Shown here in pieces: positions 1 to 9,700 of a stretch of DNA of 64,000 nucleotides; positions within the stretch are counted from its first letter, which is position 1, and every line of letters begins with the position of its first letter. This DNA is from Acidobacteriota bacterium. GTDB taxonomy: Bacteria; Acidobacteriota; Thermoanaerobaculia; Multivoradales; JAHEKO01. The notes under the pieces are model-generated. The model was given only the letters and a program-made list of their open reading frames with translations. It had not been told where the DNA came from and searched no databases. A program made the position numbers and the translations under genes. The stretch spans positions 2,402-66,401 of the forward strand of contig JAJCXP010000366.1 of the NCBI GenBank assembly GCA_029263375.1, in the 5' to 3' direction.

Positions 1-200
1 AAGCGGGACAGGTACAAATGGAGGGCTGGATGTGGGCGCTCGCGCTCGGACTCTAAGAAGGGCGCAGCCGCGCTCCGGGAAGTGGCAGCGACCATCCGGG
101 ACATGGCGTAGAGGGTTCCCTACGGCCCGATCTCGCCGGAGCGAGAGGGGGGCGTGCCTACCGACCAAGGTCGGCGGGAGTAGAGCCATTCTGCGCGGTC

Positions 201-854
201 CTAGGGGAGTCGAGGGGCTTCCCGGTGGAACGCGTGGTAGAGGCCGCGGATCTGCTCCCTAGCTATCTCTCCGAAATCCTGCCCGACGCTCCGAATCTCT
301 CCCGATACACCAGGGTCGGTCGAGAGCTTCCGGAGGAGGTCCGGCGAGCTGACTTGAAATGCAAAGGCCACGATGACGGCCCAGGACACGGTGACCACGC
401 GCATCCAGTACGCGAACCTCTTGATCAATGGGCCATTAGGGCCTTCAAGGCGCCCGAACCGCTCGACGGCGGAGTCGATGGCATGGAGCTGAGGCGCTCC
501 CTGCGCCTTGAGCACTCTCCGTAGATCCTCGGGCTCGCACCAGGACACGTGGGGACCCATAATGCGCCCCATCAGCGAAGTGGGATCCTTCCTTCTCTTT
601 AGCACGGCGATTTCAGGGGAGTTGAGAAGGGTAGCCGCAAGGTTCCGACTGGCGCTCTTCGTCGTCTTGAGCTCTTGCTCGACGACTCCCGCAAGCCCTG
701 ACTGGAGGTTTCGGGCTCGGAGTCGGAGAGCGGCCTGGGTCGCCTGCGACAAGGCAGTGACCATCACGCTGAGGAGCAGCATCACAGCCGAGAACGCGAT
801 CACTATCGCTAGAACATCGAAAAGCGTTGAAGATCCTCCCAACATCGTCTCCAC
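201..854 (-). CDS. Hypothetical membrane protein, possibly C-terminally truncated
   Basis: 217-aa ORF with GGAGG RBS and hydrophobic segments LFDVLAIVIAFSAVMLLLSVMVTAL and VVTVSWAVIVAFAF; no family recognised with confidence. Confidence 0.55.
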   Translation of the reverse strand: METMLGGSSTLFDVLAIVIAFSAVMLLLSVMVTALSQATQAALRLRARNLQSGLAGVVEQELKTTKSASRNLAATLLNSPEIAVLKRRKDPTSLMGRIMGPHVSWCEPEDLRRVLKAQGAPQLHAIDSAVERFGRLEGPNGPLIKRFAYWMRVVTVSWAVIVAFAFQVSSPDLLRKLSTDPGVSGEIRSVGQDFGEIAREQIRGLYHAFHREAPRLP

Positions 855-1148
855 CTCCGTCGAATGAGGGCTGTTCCGAGAGGCTCGCGCAGCCCCAACT
901 GTCTTCGAATGTGTCTACTAATAGAGGTTCCACCGAGTCGAGCCGCCTGACGGCGTCGGCGACGCAATAGCTTCGCGCGGCAGACCACACCTCAATCGAT
1001 TGGACGAACACCACGCGCAAGATCCGCCTGCCTAGTACCGCTCGGCAGAACTTTCGCGAACGCGCATTCGTCTGTGTTCAAGCGCATGAAGGGGTGCTGG
1101 TCGGCCAGGGAGTAAGCTCAAGCCACAACTCCCAAGGAGGCGAGGCCC

Positions 1149-1253
1149 ATGGCGAACCCGGAGCAAATGGTGATACTCGAGCAGGGAGAGGACGCGCGGA
1201 ATGTGTGGCGTGAGGACAACCGGCCAGACGGCGGACTCGGAGATGGCCAGTGA
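1149..1253 (+). pseudogene. 34-aa leader/relic ORF resembling the N-terminus of pentapeptide-repeat proteins
   Basis: AAGGAGG at 1134-1140; MANPEQMVILEQGEDARNVWREDNRPDGGLGDGQ*; its TGA overlaps the GTG of the SIR2-like gene (GTGA). Confidence 0.45.
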
Positions 1254-2386
1254 GCCAACTTGACGTCTATGTCCTTGGTGCCGGCGCTTCCTATGTCCAC
1301 GGTGCCCCGTTGACCGATGGCCTCATCCCCTATGCGCTGACGATCCCTCACCTCAGCGACGACAAGCGGATCGCGCTCGTTCGCAAGTTCCTGGGAAGCG
1401 CATTCCAGTTTCGCGCGCCGACGACGTCACGAGCCAAGACCTGGAAGAGCGTGCCCGGGCTGGTCGACGTGCTGTCCATGGTCGACATGGCTCTCGACCG
1501 AAGGGAGAACCTGGCGTGGGGGTACGGTCAGGATGCACTTCGCGAAGTGCGCAGCGCCCTGGAGTTCTGCATCTTCCAGGCCCTCGAGAGCAGCCTGAGC
1601 TGGAGGCCGAGAGGCCGAAGGAGTGCGGCGACAAAGAAGCTCGTCGAGACGCTCGACCCCGAGCACGCAACCTTCATTTCGATGAACTACGACGTCATCG
1701 TGGACATCGCGCTGGCGGTGCGCGGGAGCCAGTTCGATTCCAGACGCGCCGACTTCGAGATGCTGGCAGAGTCGGGAGCCCACCTAAAGGTCGACTACGG
1801 CGTTCGGTTCACCAATGTCAGGCACGAGCAGGAGCCGGGGGGTGCACCGAAGTTCGAGCTACTCAAACTGCACGGATCCTTCAACTGGCTGAAAAGCGCA
1901 CTGACCGGGAATCTCTACTACGGGGGGCTTCGGAAGGCGATCGGCGCGCTGTTCAGCGATCGGCGCGCCAGGCTCGCAGCCGACCTCTTCAGCTTCTTCG
2001 ACCATCGTAGTGGTGCGACTCGCGCCAGCGACAGTGCACGCGATCTCCAGCCGATTCTGGTGACCCCGACGCATCTCAAAGATCTTCGCGATCCACACCT
2101 GGCGCGCATATGGCGTCGGGCGGAGGAGGTCGTACGTCAAGCTCGCCGAATCACCTTCATCGGTTACTCCCTGCCGGGAGACGACCTGCACGTGAAGTAC
2201 TTGTTCAAGCGGGCGCTGGCCACGCGACCCGCCGGAGTCGCACCGCCGCGGATCGTGGTTGTCGACAAATGTGACGATCCGGAGGACAGCGAGGTGCGGG
2301 CCAACTACGAGACCTTCTTCGGCAAGAAGCTGGTGACCTATCACGCGGACGGCTTCGACGCCTTCGTAGGGGCGCGGGCGCGCTGA
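1250..2386 (+). CDS. SIR2-like (SIR2_2) domain protein, putative NADase defence effector
   Basis: Motifs VYVLGAGAS, FISMNYD, LLKLHGS and FIGYSLP in the order typical of SIR2_2 proteins. Confidence 0.85.
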   Translation: MSQLDVYVLGAGASYVHGAPLTDGLIPYALTIPHLSDDKRIALVRKFLGSAFQFRAPTTSRAKTWKSVPGLVDVLSMVDMALDRRENLAWGYGQDALREVRSALEFCIFQALESSLSWRPRGRRSAATKKLVETLDPEHATFISMNYDVIVDIALAVRGSQFDSRRADFEMLAESGAHLKVDYGVRFTNVRHEQEPGGAPKFELLKLHGSFNWLKSALTGNLYYGGLRKAIGALFSDRRARLAADLFSFFDHRSGATRASDSARDLQPILVTPTHLKDLRDPHLARIWRRAEEVVRQARRITFIGYSLPGDDLHVKYLFKRALATRPAGVAPPRIVVVDKCDDPEDSEVRANYETFFGKKLVTYHADGFDAFVGARAR

Positions 2387-2718
2387 GCGGCTGACTCTCC
2401 GACGCGGCCGTCTCGGGCCGGAGGCAAAAACACCGAGAATTCTTGTGCTCGGCTTGGGGACCGACCCGGTGCCGGGCTGCTAGGAGCCCCACCTCGGGAC
2501 GCGAGGCAGTGAAGGCTTGCCTGCAGTTCTTATGGCTCCAACCAGTGCGACCTCTTCGTAGTCTGTGGAGCCGCTGGTCAGGCGGCTGGTGCTGGAGACG
2601 ATTGACGGCGTAGCGCAGTCGCTGGAGGGCGAGCGGCGGGAGCGATAGGGCGCTCTCGCCCGTTCGAGTGTAGCGTTGCGAGCGCGCCGGGCGTAGTCAA
2701 AGTCAGCGCTGGCGGTGA

Positions 2719-3252
2719 ATGCCCACGATGACACAGCTTCAGATCATCATCGCAATCGCAGTTGTGGTCGCCGTTGCCACAATCATCTACACGACAAAGT
2801 CACGCCCGGAGAAATCGAAGTACGAAGCTGCGAAGGAGTCGCTGGAGTTTCAACCCGGCGCGATACGTCAGACTGAACTTCCCTCCGAACTGATTGACCG
2901 GATTCGTCGCCTCCAAACAGTATTCTCCGAGGTCTACCCAATTTCACACCAAGAGTGGCTCGATGGATTTCAACGAGATCAGGTGCCGGAGAACGAGGTT
3001 GCGGTTTGGGAGCAGATGGCGTCGGCGTACACTACTTTCCTAGGCGAGAACGACCTTGAGGAAGCTGCGCGTCAGGAGGCGTTCAGGTTGTTACTGGTCC
3101 GGTCTAGCACGTCTTCTGTTGAATCAGAGCTTTCGAAGCTAGAACAACTAACGGTCGATCAAGCAAGGAGCCTCGTTGCCCTTTACCAGGCAACTCCGAA
3201 ACCCATCACGATCCAGGACGCCGAACAAGCGGCTGCGAGCGACGCGGATTGA
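2719..3252 (+). CDS. Hypothetical protein with N-terminal membrane anchor
   Basis: 177-aa ORF; IIIAIAVVVAVATIIY followed by a helical soluble domain. Confidence 0.65.
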   Translation: MPTMTQLQIIIAIAVVVAVATIIYTTKSRPEKSKYEAAKESLEFQPGAIRQTELPSELIDRIRRLQTVFSEVYPISHQEWLDGFQRDQVPENEVAVWEQMASAYTTFLGENDLEEAARQEAFRLLLVRSSTSSVESELSKLEQLTVDQARSLVALYQATPKPITIQDAEQAAASDAD

Positions 3253-4333
3253 CGCCGGTACTAGAGTCCGCGTGAACGCCCGAGGGCTGTCAAGCAGCTG
3301 GTACTGGACACGATCGCACAGGTGCTAGCACGCCAGGAAGCAGACGACGCTTGTCAAGTGAACCCGCACGACATCGCCGCCTTCGTCTCCGTCTTCGAGC
3401 TCCTGGGTGGGCCGAGATGCCGAGAGCGCTACGTAGCCGGCCAGTACGAGCGGAAGTGCTACCGGGTGCTGGTCGAGGGTTGGATAGCGTGGAAGGCTCG
3501 CGGGTGCAAGGTTAGGGCTTCAAGCACCAGGTAGCCCTGGCCTCAGGACCGGGGCGAGCCCGAGTTCGGGAAGGCGTTTGACTTCGGGGACGGATCAGCG
3601 ACCCCAGTCTTCGGCCGGAACAAGCCCGAGGCCCGAGGGTTGACGAGCGCCGGGACGCTTTCCCTTTTCTTTCCCTGCGCTTTCCCCGAGAGGAGAGGAA
3701 CGTCGGAAGCCTCGGAAAGCCTGGAAGGCTACTAAGTGCTATGAGAGCAGTGGTTTCCACAGAGAGCCGCGTGAAAGCTGGCTCTAGTACGAGGCCCTGT
3801 TCTGGATTAAAAGTCCGCGGCTCCACCGACTGACCTAACGGCCCGTGGGGCGCGAGTAAGCAAGAAGGAGCCAGCTCCCGCGCTTGGCAAGCGCGGCTTC
3901 GAGGCGGCCACCTGTGAGTTCCGCCGAGCGCCACTCTCGGAGAATCGTCTCCTCGCGCCGCGGTCCGCTCAAGACCAGGTCCCTTGCGGGTGCCGACCTC
4001 GTCTTCGATGACGGCGGTGTACTCGCGGGCGGCCTGGGGCAGAACCTCGAACTCGACCGCGGACCACCCTCGCGCGATTCTAGCCTCGTTCGCCTCTTGG
4101 CCCACTTGCCGTCCCCCAGAGTTGGTCGGGACGGCGAGATGTGAACTCGCAACCCGCTGAACTCCATTCAAGGGTACTCCCGCCGATTCGTCGCGCCTGT
4201 CAGCCGAGGCCGAGTGCGACCGACTACGATGAAGCGCGACCCAGAGTGTTTGCTCACTGTTTGCTCAACCCTAGGAGAAGGTCTCCGAGAGGAGCCGCAA
4301 GAGCACTATAACCCGTTGATGGAATTGAGCTTC

Positions 4334-4384
4334 CATGGTGCCCAGGGGCGGATTTGAACCACCGACACCCTGATTTTCAGTCAG
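4334..4384. repeat. att core repeat, distal copy (duplicated 3' part of tRNA-Phe)
   Basis: CATGGTGCCCAGGGGCGGATTTGAACCACCGACACCCTGATTTTCAGTCAG, identical to 57460-57510; diverges immediately afterwards. Confidence 0.95.
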
Positions 4385-4487
4385 TGCATCCAGGTCGCAT
4401 GGAGTCCTATGGAGTTTACAAAAGGCCTGTTTTTCTTAGTTCTTTAGCCAATCGACTCCGACCGAGTCCGCTGGAGTTTGCACCGAG

Positions 4488-4510
4488 TTGATTGCTATAT
4501 GATTGCTAGC
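4488..4510. repeat. Putative integrase arm-type sites (TGATTGCTA x2)
   Basis: TTGATTGCTATATGATTGCTAGC; a 22/23 match lies at 57392-57414, inside the other end. Confidence 0.7.
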
Positions 4511-4521
4511 CAGGGACCGAG

Positions 4522-5760
4522 ATGCGCAGAAAGATCACCAAGACAGCCGTCGACAACCTCCGATCGGGGTCGCACGACACCTTCCTCTGGGACACGGAGA
4601 TCACTGGCTTCGGCTGCAAGATCACGCCGGCCGGCCGCAAGGTCTACATCCTCCAGTACAGGACCGAAGGCCAGGACTCTCGGAAGGCGCCGAAGCGCGT
4701 CACCCTCGGCAAGCACGGGGACATCACCGCCGACAAGGCTCGCAAGCTGGCCACTCGGGCACTGCTCGAGGTGAAAGAAGGCGGCGATCCCCGTCGGTTC
4801 CGGCAGTCGGAGGCCGATCCAACCATCGCGCTGCTGGCCGACCGCTTCCTCAACGAGTATCTGCCCAACAAGAAGCGCCCTCCCAGGGAACGAACGGTCG
4901 CCTCCTACGAGAGCCTGCTTCGATGCCACATCGTGCCTCGCCTGGGCGACCTGCGGCTCGACGAGCTCACGGTGGCTGACGTCGAATCCCTTCACGTCTC
5001 TCTGCGCGACTCACCGTACGTGGCCAATCGAGCGCTCGTCGTCCTGCAGCAGGCGCTCGATCAGGCAGAGGCCTGGGGTTGGCGCTCCGAGCGCAGCAAC
5101 CCGGCGCGGCATGTGGAGCGCTACCGAGAGGAGCGACGAGGCGCGAAGAAGGAAGTCATGCTATCGCCCGAGCAGATGGCTGCACTCCTTCAGGCTATCG
5201 ATACTGAAGAGGCTGCCGGTGTGAATCCGAGAGCATGCGCCGCGATTCGCGTCGCATTCTGGACGGGTTGGCGTATCGGCGAGGTGCTCCGGCTGGAGTG
5301 GGCCAACCTCGATCTCGAGAAGGGCGTGGCCAAGCTCGTACGGACGAAGACTGCCGACGAGGAGTACCGGCAAGTGCCGGAGGAGGCCATGGCGATCCTC
5401 TCGACGCAGACAAGAGTTGCCGGCTGCCCGTTCGTCTTCCCGAGCCACGACTTCTCGACCCACCTGACAACCGTACGGAAGCCTTGGGTGAAGATCCGGA
5501 CCCAAGCTGGCCTCTCTGATCTCGACGGCTTGGGACCGCTTCGCCTACACGATCTCAGACACAACGTCGTCAGTTGGGATGTGTCTAGAGGTGTTGGTCT
5601 CGAGATCGCCGGCAAGAATGTCGGGCATCGATCTCGGAGCTCCACCGAGACGTACGCTCACTTCGCGCCTGATGCTCTCAAGCGAGCGGCTGACGAGCGA
5701 GCGCAAGCGATGCGGGCAGCATTGGAACAGACCAAACCAGGGTTTGGCTCACTGGGGTAG
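4522..5760 (+). CDS. int: Tyrosine recombinase/integrase with N-terminal arm-binding domain
   Basis: N-terminal LWDTEITGFGCKITPAGRKVYILQYR; catalytic TGWRIGE, K (RTKT), HDLRH, VGH and Y (TETYAH). Confidence 0.95.
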   Translation: MRRKITKTAVDNLRSGSHDTFLWDTEITGFGCKITPAGRKVYILQYRTEGQDSRKAPKRVTLGKHGDITADKARKLATRALLEVKEGGDPRRFRQSEADPTIALLADRFLNEYLPNKKRPPRERTVASYESLLRCHIVPRLGDLRLDELTVADVESLHVSLRDSPYVANRALVVLQQALDQAEAWGWRSERSNPARHVERYREERRGAKKEVMLSPEQMAALLQAIDTEEAAGVNPRACAAIRVAFWTGWRIGEVLRLEWANLDLEKGVAKLVRTKTADEEYRQVPEEAMAILSTQTRVAGCPFVFPSHDFSTHLTTVRKPWVKIRTQAGLSDLDGLGPLRLHDLRHNVVSWDVSRGVGLEIAGKNVGHRSRSSTETYAHFAPDALKRAADERAQAMRAALEQTKPGFGSLG

Positions 5761-6101
5761 TCAGTTCGAGGGCCGCTTGGGCGTGGAGCTCCAGAGGCGA
5801 CGGGCTCCTCGGTCACAGGTTCTCGGTCGTGAGGCTCGGGCGTTACGGTGAGGGGGGCCTCGTACGGTTCCCGCCGACCGCCACCTTCTTCTATTTTATA
5901 GCCCGTCCAAGCAGCATGACCTTGTACGCTCGAGTTCCATCGGGCAACGAGCGCCTCCCTGCAGTTCTTGGCACTAGTGCTCTTCCCTTCTCCCTGACTG
6001 TGGTAGCTTGACCCAACAGATCTTCAAACAGGGAGGATTCGTCCTTGGCTCTCAATTCGGCGCTCTTAGCCGCGATTGAGTCTTGCCGCAAGTACCCGAC
6101 T

Positions 6102-6779
6102 ATGACTCACCATCATCCTTCAAAGGGCTGGAGTCTAGTCACCGCAGGACTCCTGGTCCTCACTTCGGCCACCTTGATCACATTGGACCCCGGTGAAGCA
6201 GCACCTAGCAGCAACGCACCACCCGCTCACCTGGTGCGAGGTCACGATTCGGTCACCGTCGCTACAGAACGTGCGCGAATCGAAATGTCGGCGTCCTCTA
6301 GCGAGCCTTTCTTGACGCTCATGCAGCATCTTGGCCTCTCCAAGATGGACCCTCTCGTTGTACGACTCTTCCCCAATGGGCAAGGGCAGGCTATTTTTCC
6401 TGCCGGCTACAAGGCCGCTGGTACCTACAGCTTTCGTTTCTCCGACGACTTTCTACTCGCTGTTCTTGGACCAGCTCTCGAACATTCCCTCTTCAACGCG
6501 GACCCTCGCACTTTTTCGTCGGTTATCCCCCTCAGGGGGGCCACCGGCACATCGGACACCGGTAGTACAGCGTTCAGTTTTAGCTTTGCTGCCTACACAT
6601 CTCCGGCAAATGTGCAAGCCCCGTACTCGACCGCTTTCCGGGTCCGAGGCCTAATGACAACCGCTTCAGTCGACCCAGGCGTCGAACGGCTACTGGAGGA
6701 TCTCCGAGTGATGCGGGTGCAGATCAACTACCTTGCGCAGAACGCGAGAGATGGAGCCGCTCGTGGCCTCACTCCCTAG
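6102..6779 (+). CDS. Hypothetical exported protein
   Basis: ORF 6045-6779; likely start MTHHH followed by a signal-like hydrophobic stretch; overlaps the next gene. Confidence 0.5.
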   Translation: MTHHHPSKGWSLVTAGLLVLTSATLITLDPGEAAPSSNAPPAHLVRGHDSVTVATERARIEMSASSSEPFLTLMQHLGLSKMDPLVVRLFPNGQGQAIFPAGYKAAGTYSFRFSDDFLLAVLGPALEHSLFNADPRTFSSVIPLRGATGTSDTGSTAFSFSFAAYTSPANVQAPYSTAFRVRGLMTTASVDPGVERLLEDLRVMRVQINYLAQNARDGAARGLTP

Positions 6780-9700
6780 GAAGGGTTTCGTCGCAGCCCT
6801 CCTCGGGCTTTGCCTCCCCCTAGCCGCCGCGGAGGCAGGCACATACCTTTGCTCAGTGTTTGACAATGCCTGCACACCCAATGGCGACGAGGCTTCAATA
6901 GTGCATCCTCAGGGCTACAGCGGCTTCGGCAGTTCGCTCGACCTCTCAGTCTGCGTACGTGGTGTGGGACCGCAGGAAGAGGCCGCGGTCGGCCCACTGC
7001 AAAGGGCCATCGATACCTGGGTTCAACTCACGGAAACGCGCGGCAACTATCTTGACGTGGGCGCCAGTGACGTCCCGGCTGGAACGCACGACCTAGAGTC
7101 CGTCTTCCTGCACGAGATTGGGCATTGCCTCGGTGTTGGGCACGCCAATATCGGCACTGACGCGGAGATAAGCGACGGCTGCCCGGCCATCTGTGATGGC
7201 TGCGACGAGGAACAGTACACCGCCTCGTTTTGCGGGAACAATGACGTCTGGGATTTTGACTCCGGACAGCAAGACGGAATCGAGGGGACCTTCGACGATG
7301 ATCGTGGAGATGATGTCAACGTCTTCTGGTTCAACGACAACTTCAATGACCCGTTCTTCGTGATCAACCCCGTTGATGGCCAGACCTATACACGTGACCC
7401 CAGTAACCTACCTAGTTCGCACTCCGCCGCGGCCTGGGGCAGCCTTGCATACTCCCAGTGGCGCGGTCTAGCAGATACAGAGGCAGTAATGGCTGCGAGG
7501 ATAGGGCCGGGTGTGGCGAAGCGCCAATTGTCGGCCGATGAGGTCTCAACGATTCTCTTCGGCCGGACAGGTCTGGACGAATCCGTCGGCACGTCTGACG
7601 ACTATGAAATAGGAATACGCTATTCCTCTGACCCATCTGACTGCGACCTTGAGGTTGAGTTCATCGATGACTCGCTCATCGAAGGGCTTGCTCAATGTTC
7701 TTTCACCGCAACTGAGTTGGCCTCCGACCACTACGCCATAACCTCCAGCAAAATCGAGGTCAACCAGGACATCGACTGGTATACAGGCGAGGGCACTGAT
7801 GGTGATCCCCCGGACACCGCTACCAACCCTGCGTCCGGGGTAACTGACGACTTGGCTGTCCTCAACGGGACCGTCAACCCCAACGGACTCTCGACGGAAG
7901 GCTGGTTCGTCTGGGATGACGACTCCTTTGTCGATGCCTTCTCAACCCCCCGAGTTTCGGTAGGTTCAGGCAGCTCCAGCGTACCAATCGCCTATGGACT
8001 CGCAGCTTTGGACTGCGAGACAACATACTACTTCCAAGCCTGGGGTGAGAACAGCGCGGGCCTTGACTCGGGTACGGTCCGATCCTTCACAACTGGAACC
8101 TGCGGCGGTGGAGGTGGCGACGAAGAGCTCATCACGAACGGCGGCTTCGAACCTGGCAGCGCCGGTTGGGAGCTCTCCGGCGACTTCCAGGCAGACGACC
8201 GCTTTAGCTGTACTCACAGCGGTTCGGGGTATGCGTATCTGGCCCTACCAGACGGAAGCCGGGGCGACAACTTGCACGGCGAGCTGGATCAGGTCGTTTC
8301 GATCCCTGCAGCAGCAGATTCCCCGGAACTCTCCTACTTCTACAGTATCTCCACCGACGACCCGAGCGGGCAGATCGAAGACGCCATGGTCGTGTGGATC
8401 TACGACGAGGCCGGCGACACCGCGCTCGAGGCACTCGCGACATACTCCAACCTAGACGCGCAGAATGGCTGTGGCTCGACGTTCTACGACTCTGCCGGGC
8501 CCTTCGATCTTTCGGACTACATCGGGGAGACAATCCGCGTTCGATTCGAGGCAGCTACCGACTCTCGCAGCGGGACCGGCACGGTTTTTCGTGTGGACGA
8601 CGTCAGCCTCCAAGCGGAGATTCCCCCTGGAAGTGCACCGGACGTGAGCACAGAGTCAGCGGACGAAATCACTAGCCACTCCGCGAACCTCAATCTGCAG
8701 GTGACGGCTAACGGCGCCGCCACGGACGTTTGGTTTGAATGGGACGATGATCCGAATCTAAGCAACCAAACGGATTCCGTCGCGGTCAGCGAGGATGCGG
8801 TGAATCACCCGGTCAGCATCGAGCTGTCGGGGCTCAATTGCGAGGAGACGTACTACTTCGAGGCCTTCGCGTGGAACGTACACGGCGAGGACGACGGTAT
8901 CCAACGGTCGTTCACAACAGGTGCCTGCCCAGGAGGCCCGCCAACGGCGGACACAGACCCGGCGGAGGCGATCACGTCCACTTCGGCCCGGCTTACAGCC
9001 GAGATCCTCCCAAACGGGCTCTCGACTGACGCTTGGTTCGAGTGGGGTGAGACAACCAGCCTAGGCAACTTGACACCTCGGCAGGGCGTCGGCTCCGGGA
9101 CCTCCTGGGTGGACTTCGATGCCGATCTCGCGAGTCTCGACTGCGGGACGACCTACTACTTCGAAGCCCATGCAGAGAACTCTGCCGGCGAGGATGACGG
9201 CGCCACGCACTCGTTCGCGACGCATGACTGCGATCCCGGCAACAGGCCACCCCAGGCGACGGGTGACAGCTACTCAACGCCGGTCGATGCGCCCTTGTCT
9301 GTCGCAGCTCCTGGAGTCCTGGGTAATGACTCCGACCCCGATGGCGACTTCCTTACCGCGGATCTGACAGGAGACGTGCTCCACGGTTCACTGACGCTGC
9401 ATCCGGACGGTTCATTCGATTACTCCCCCGTCGCCGGCTACGAGGGCCCGGACTCGTTCTCCTACGTGGCCAACGACGGCCTCCTCGACTCCAGCCCCGC
9501 CACCGTCAACATCTCGGTCGGCGACGCATCACCAATCCAGTGGCCTGACTTCATAGACCTGAACACTCCGCCCGGGACGGAGTCGGTGCCCACCACTCGC
9601 ATCTACGGGGATTACGAGTTCGGTGATTTCGGCGCTGGCGTGGCCTCGGGCGACTTCAACAATGACGGGTTCATGGACGCCCTGGTGAGCGCCGAGAACG

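Noticed and set aside
3322..4171. ORFs 3322-3534, 3512-4171 and 3835-4167
   Set aside because: No recognisable motifs or clear RBS; probably decayed or spurious high-GC frames.
4334..4384. Second tRNA-Phe gene
   Set aside because: Only the 3' part is present; no D-arm or 5' acceptor strand. It is the att duplication.
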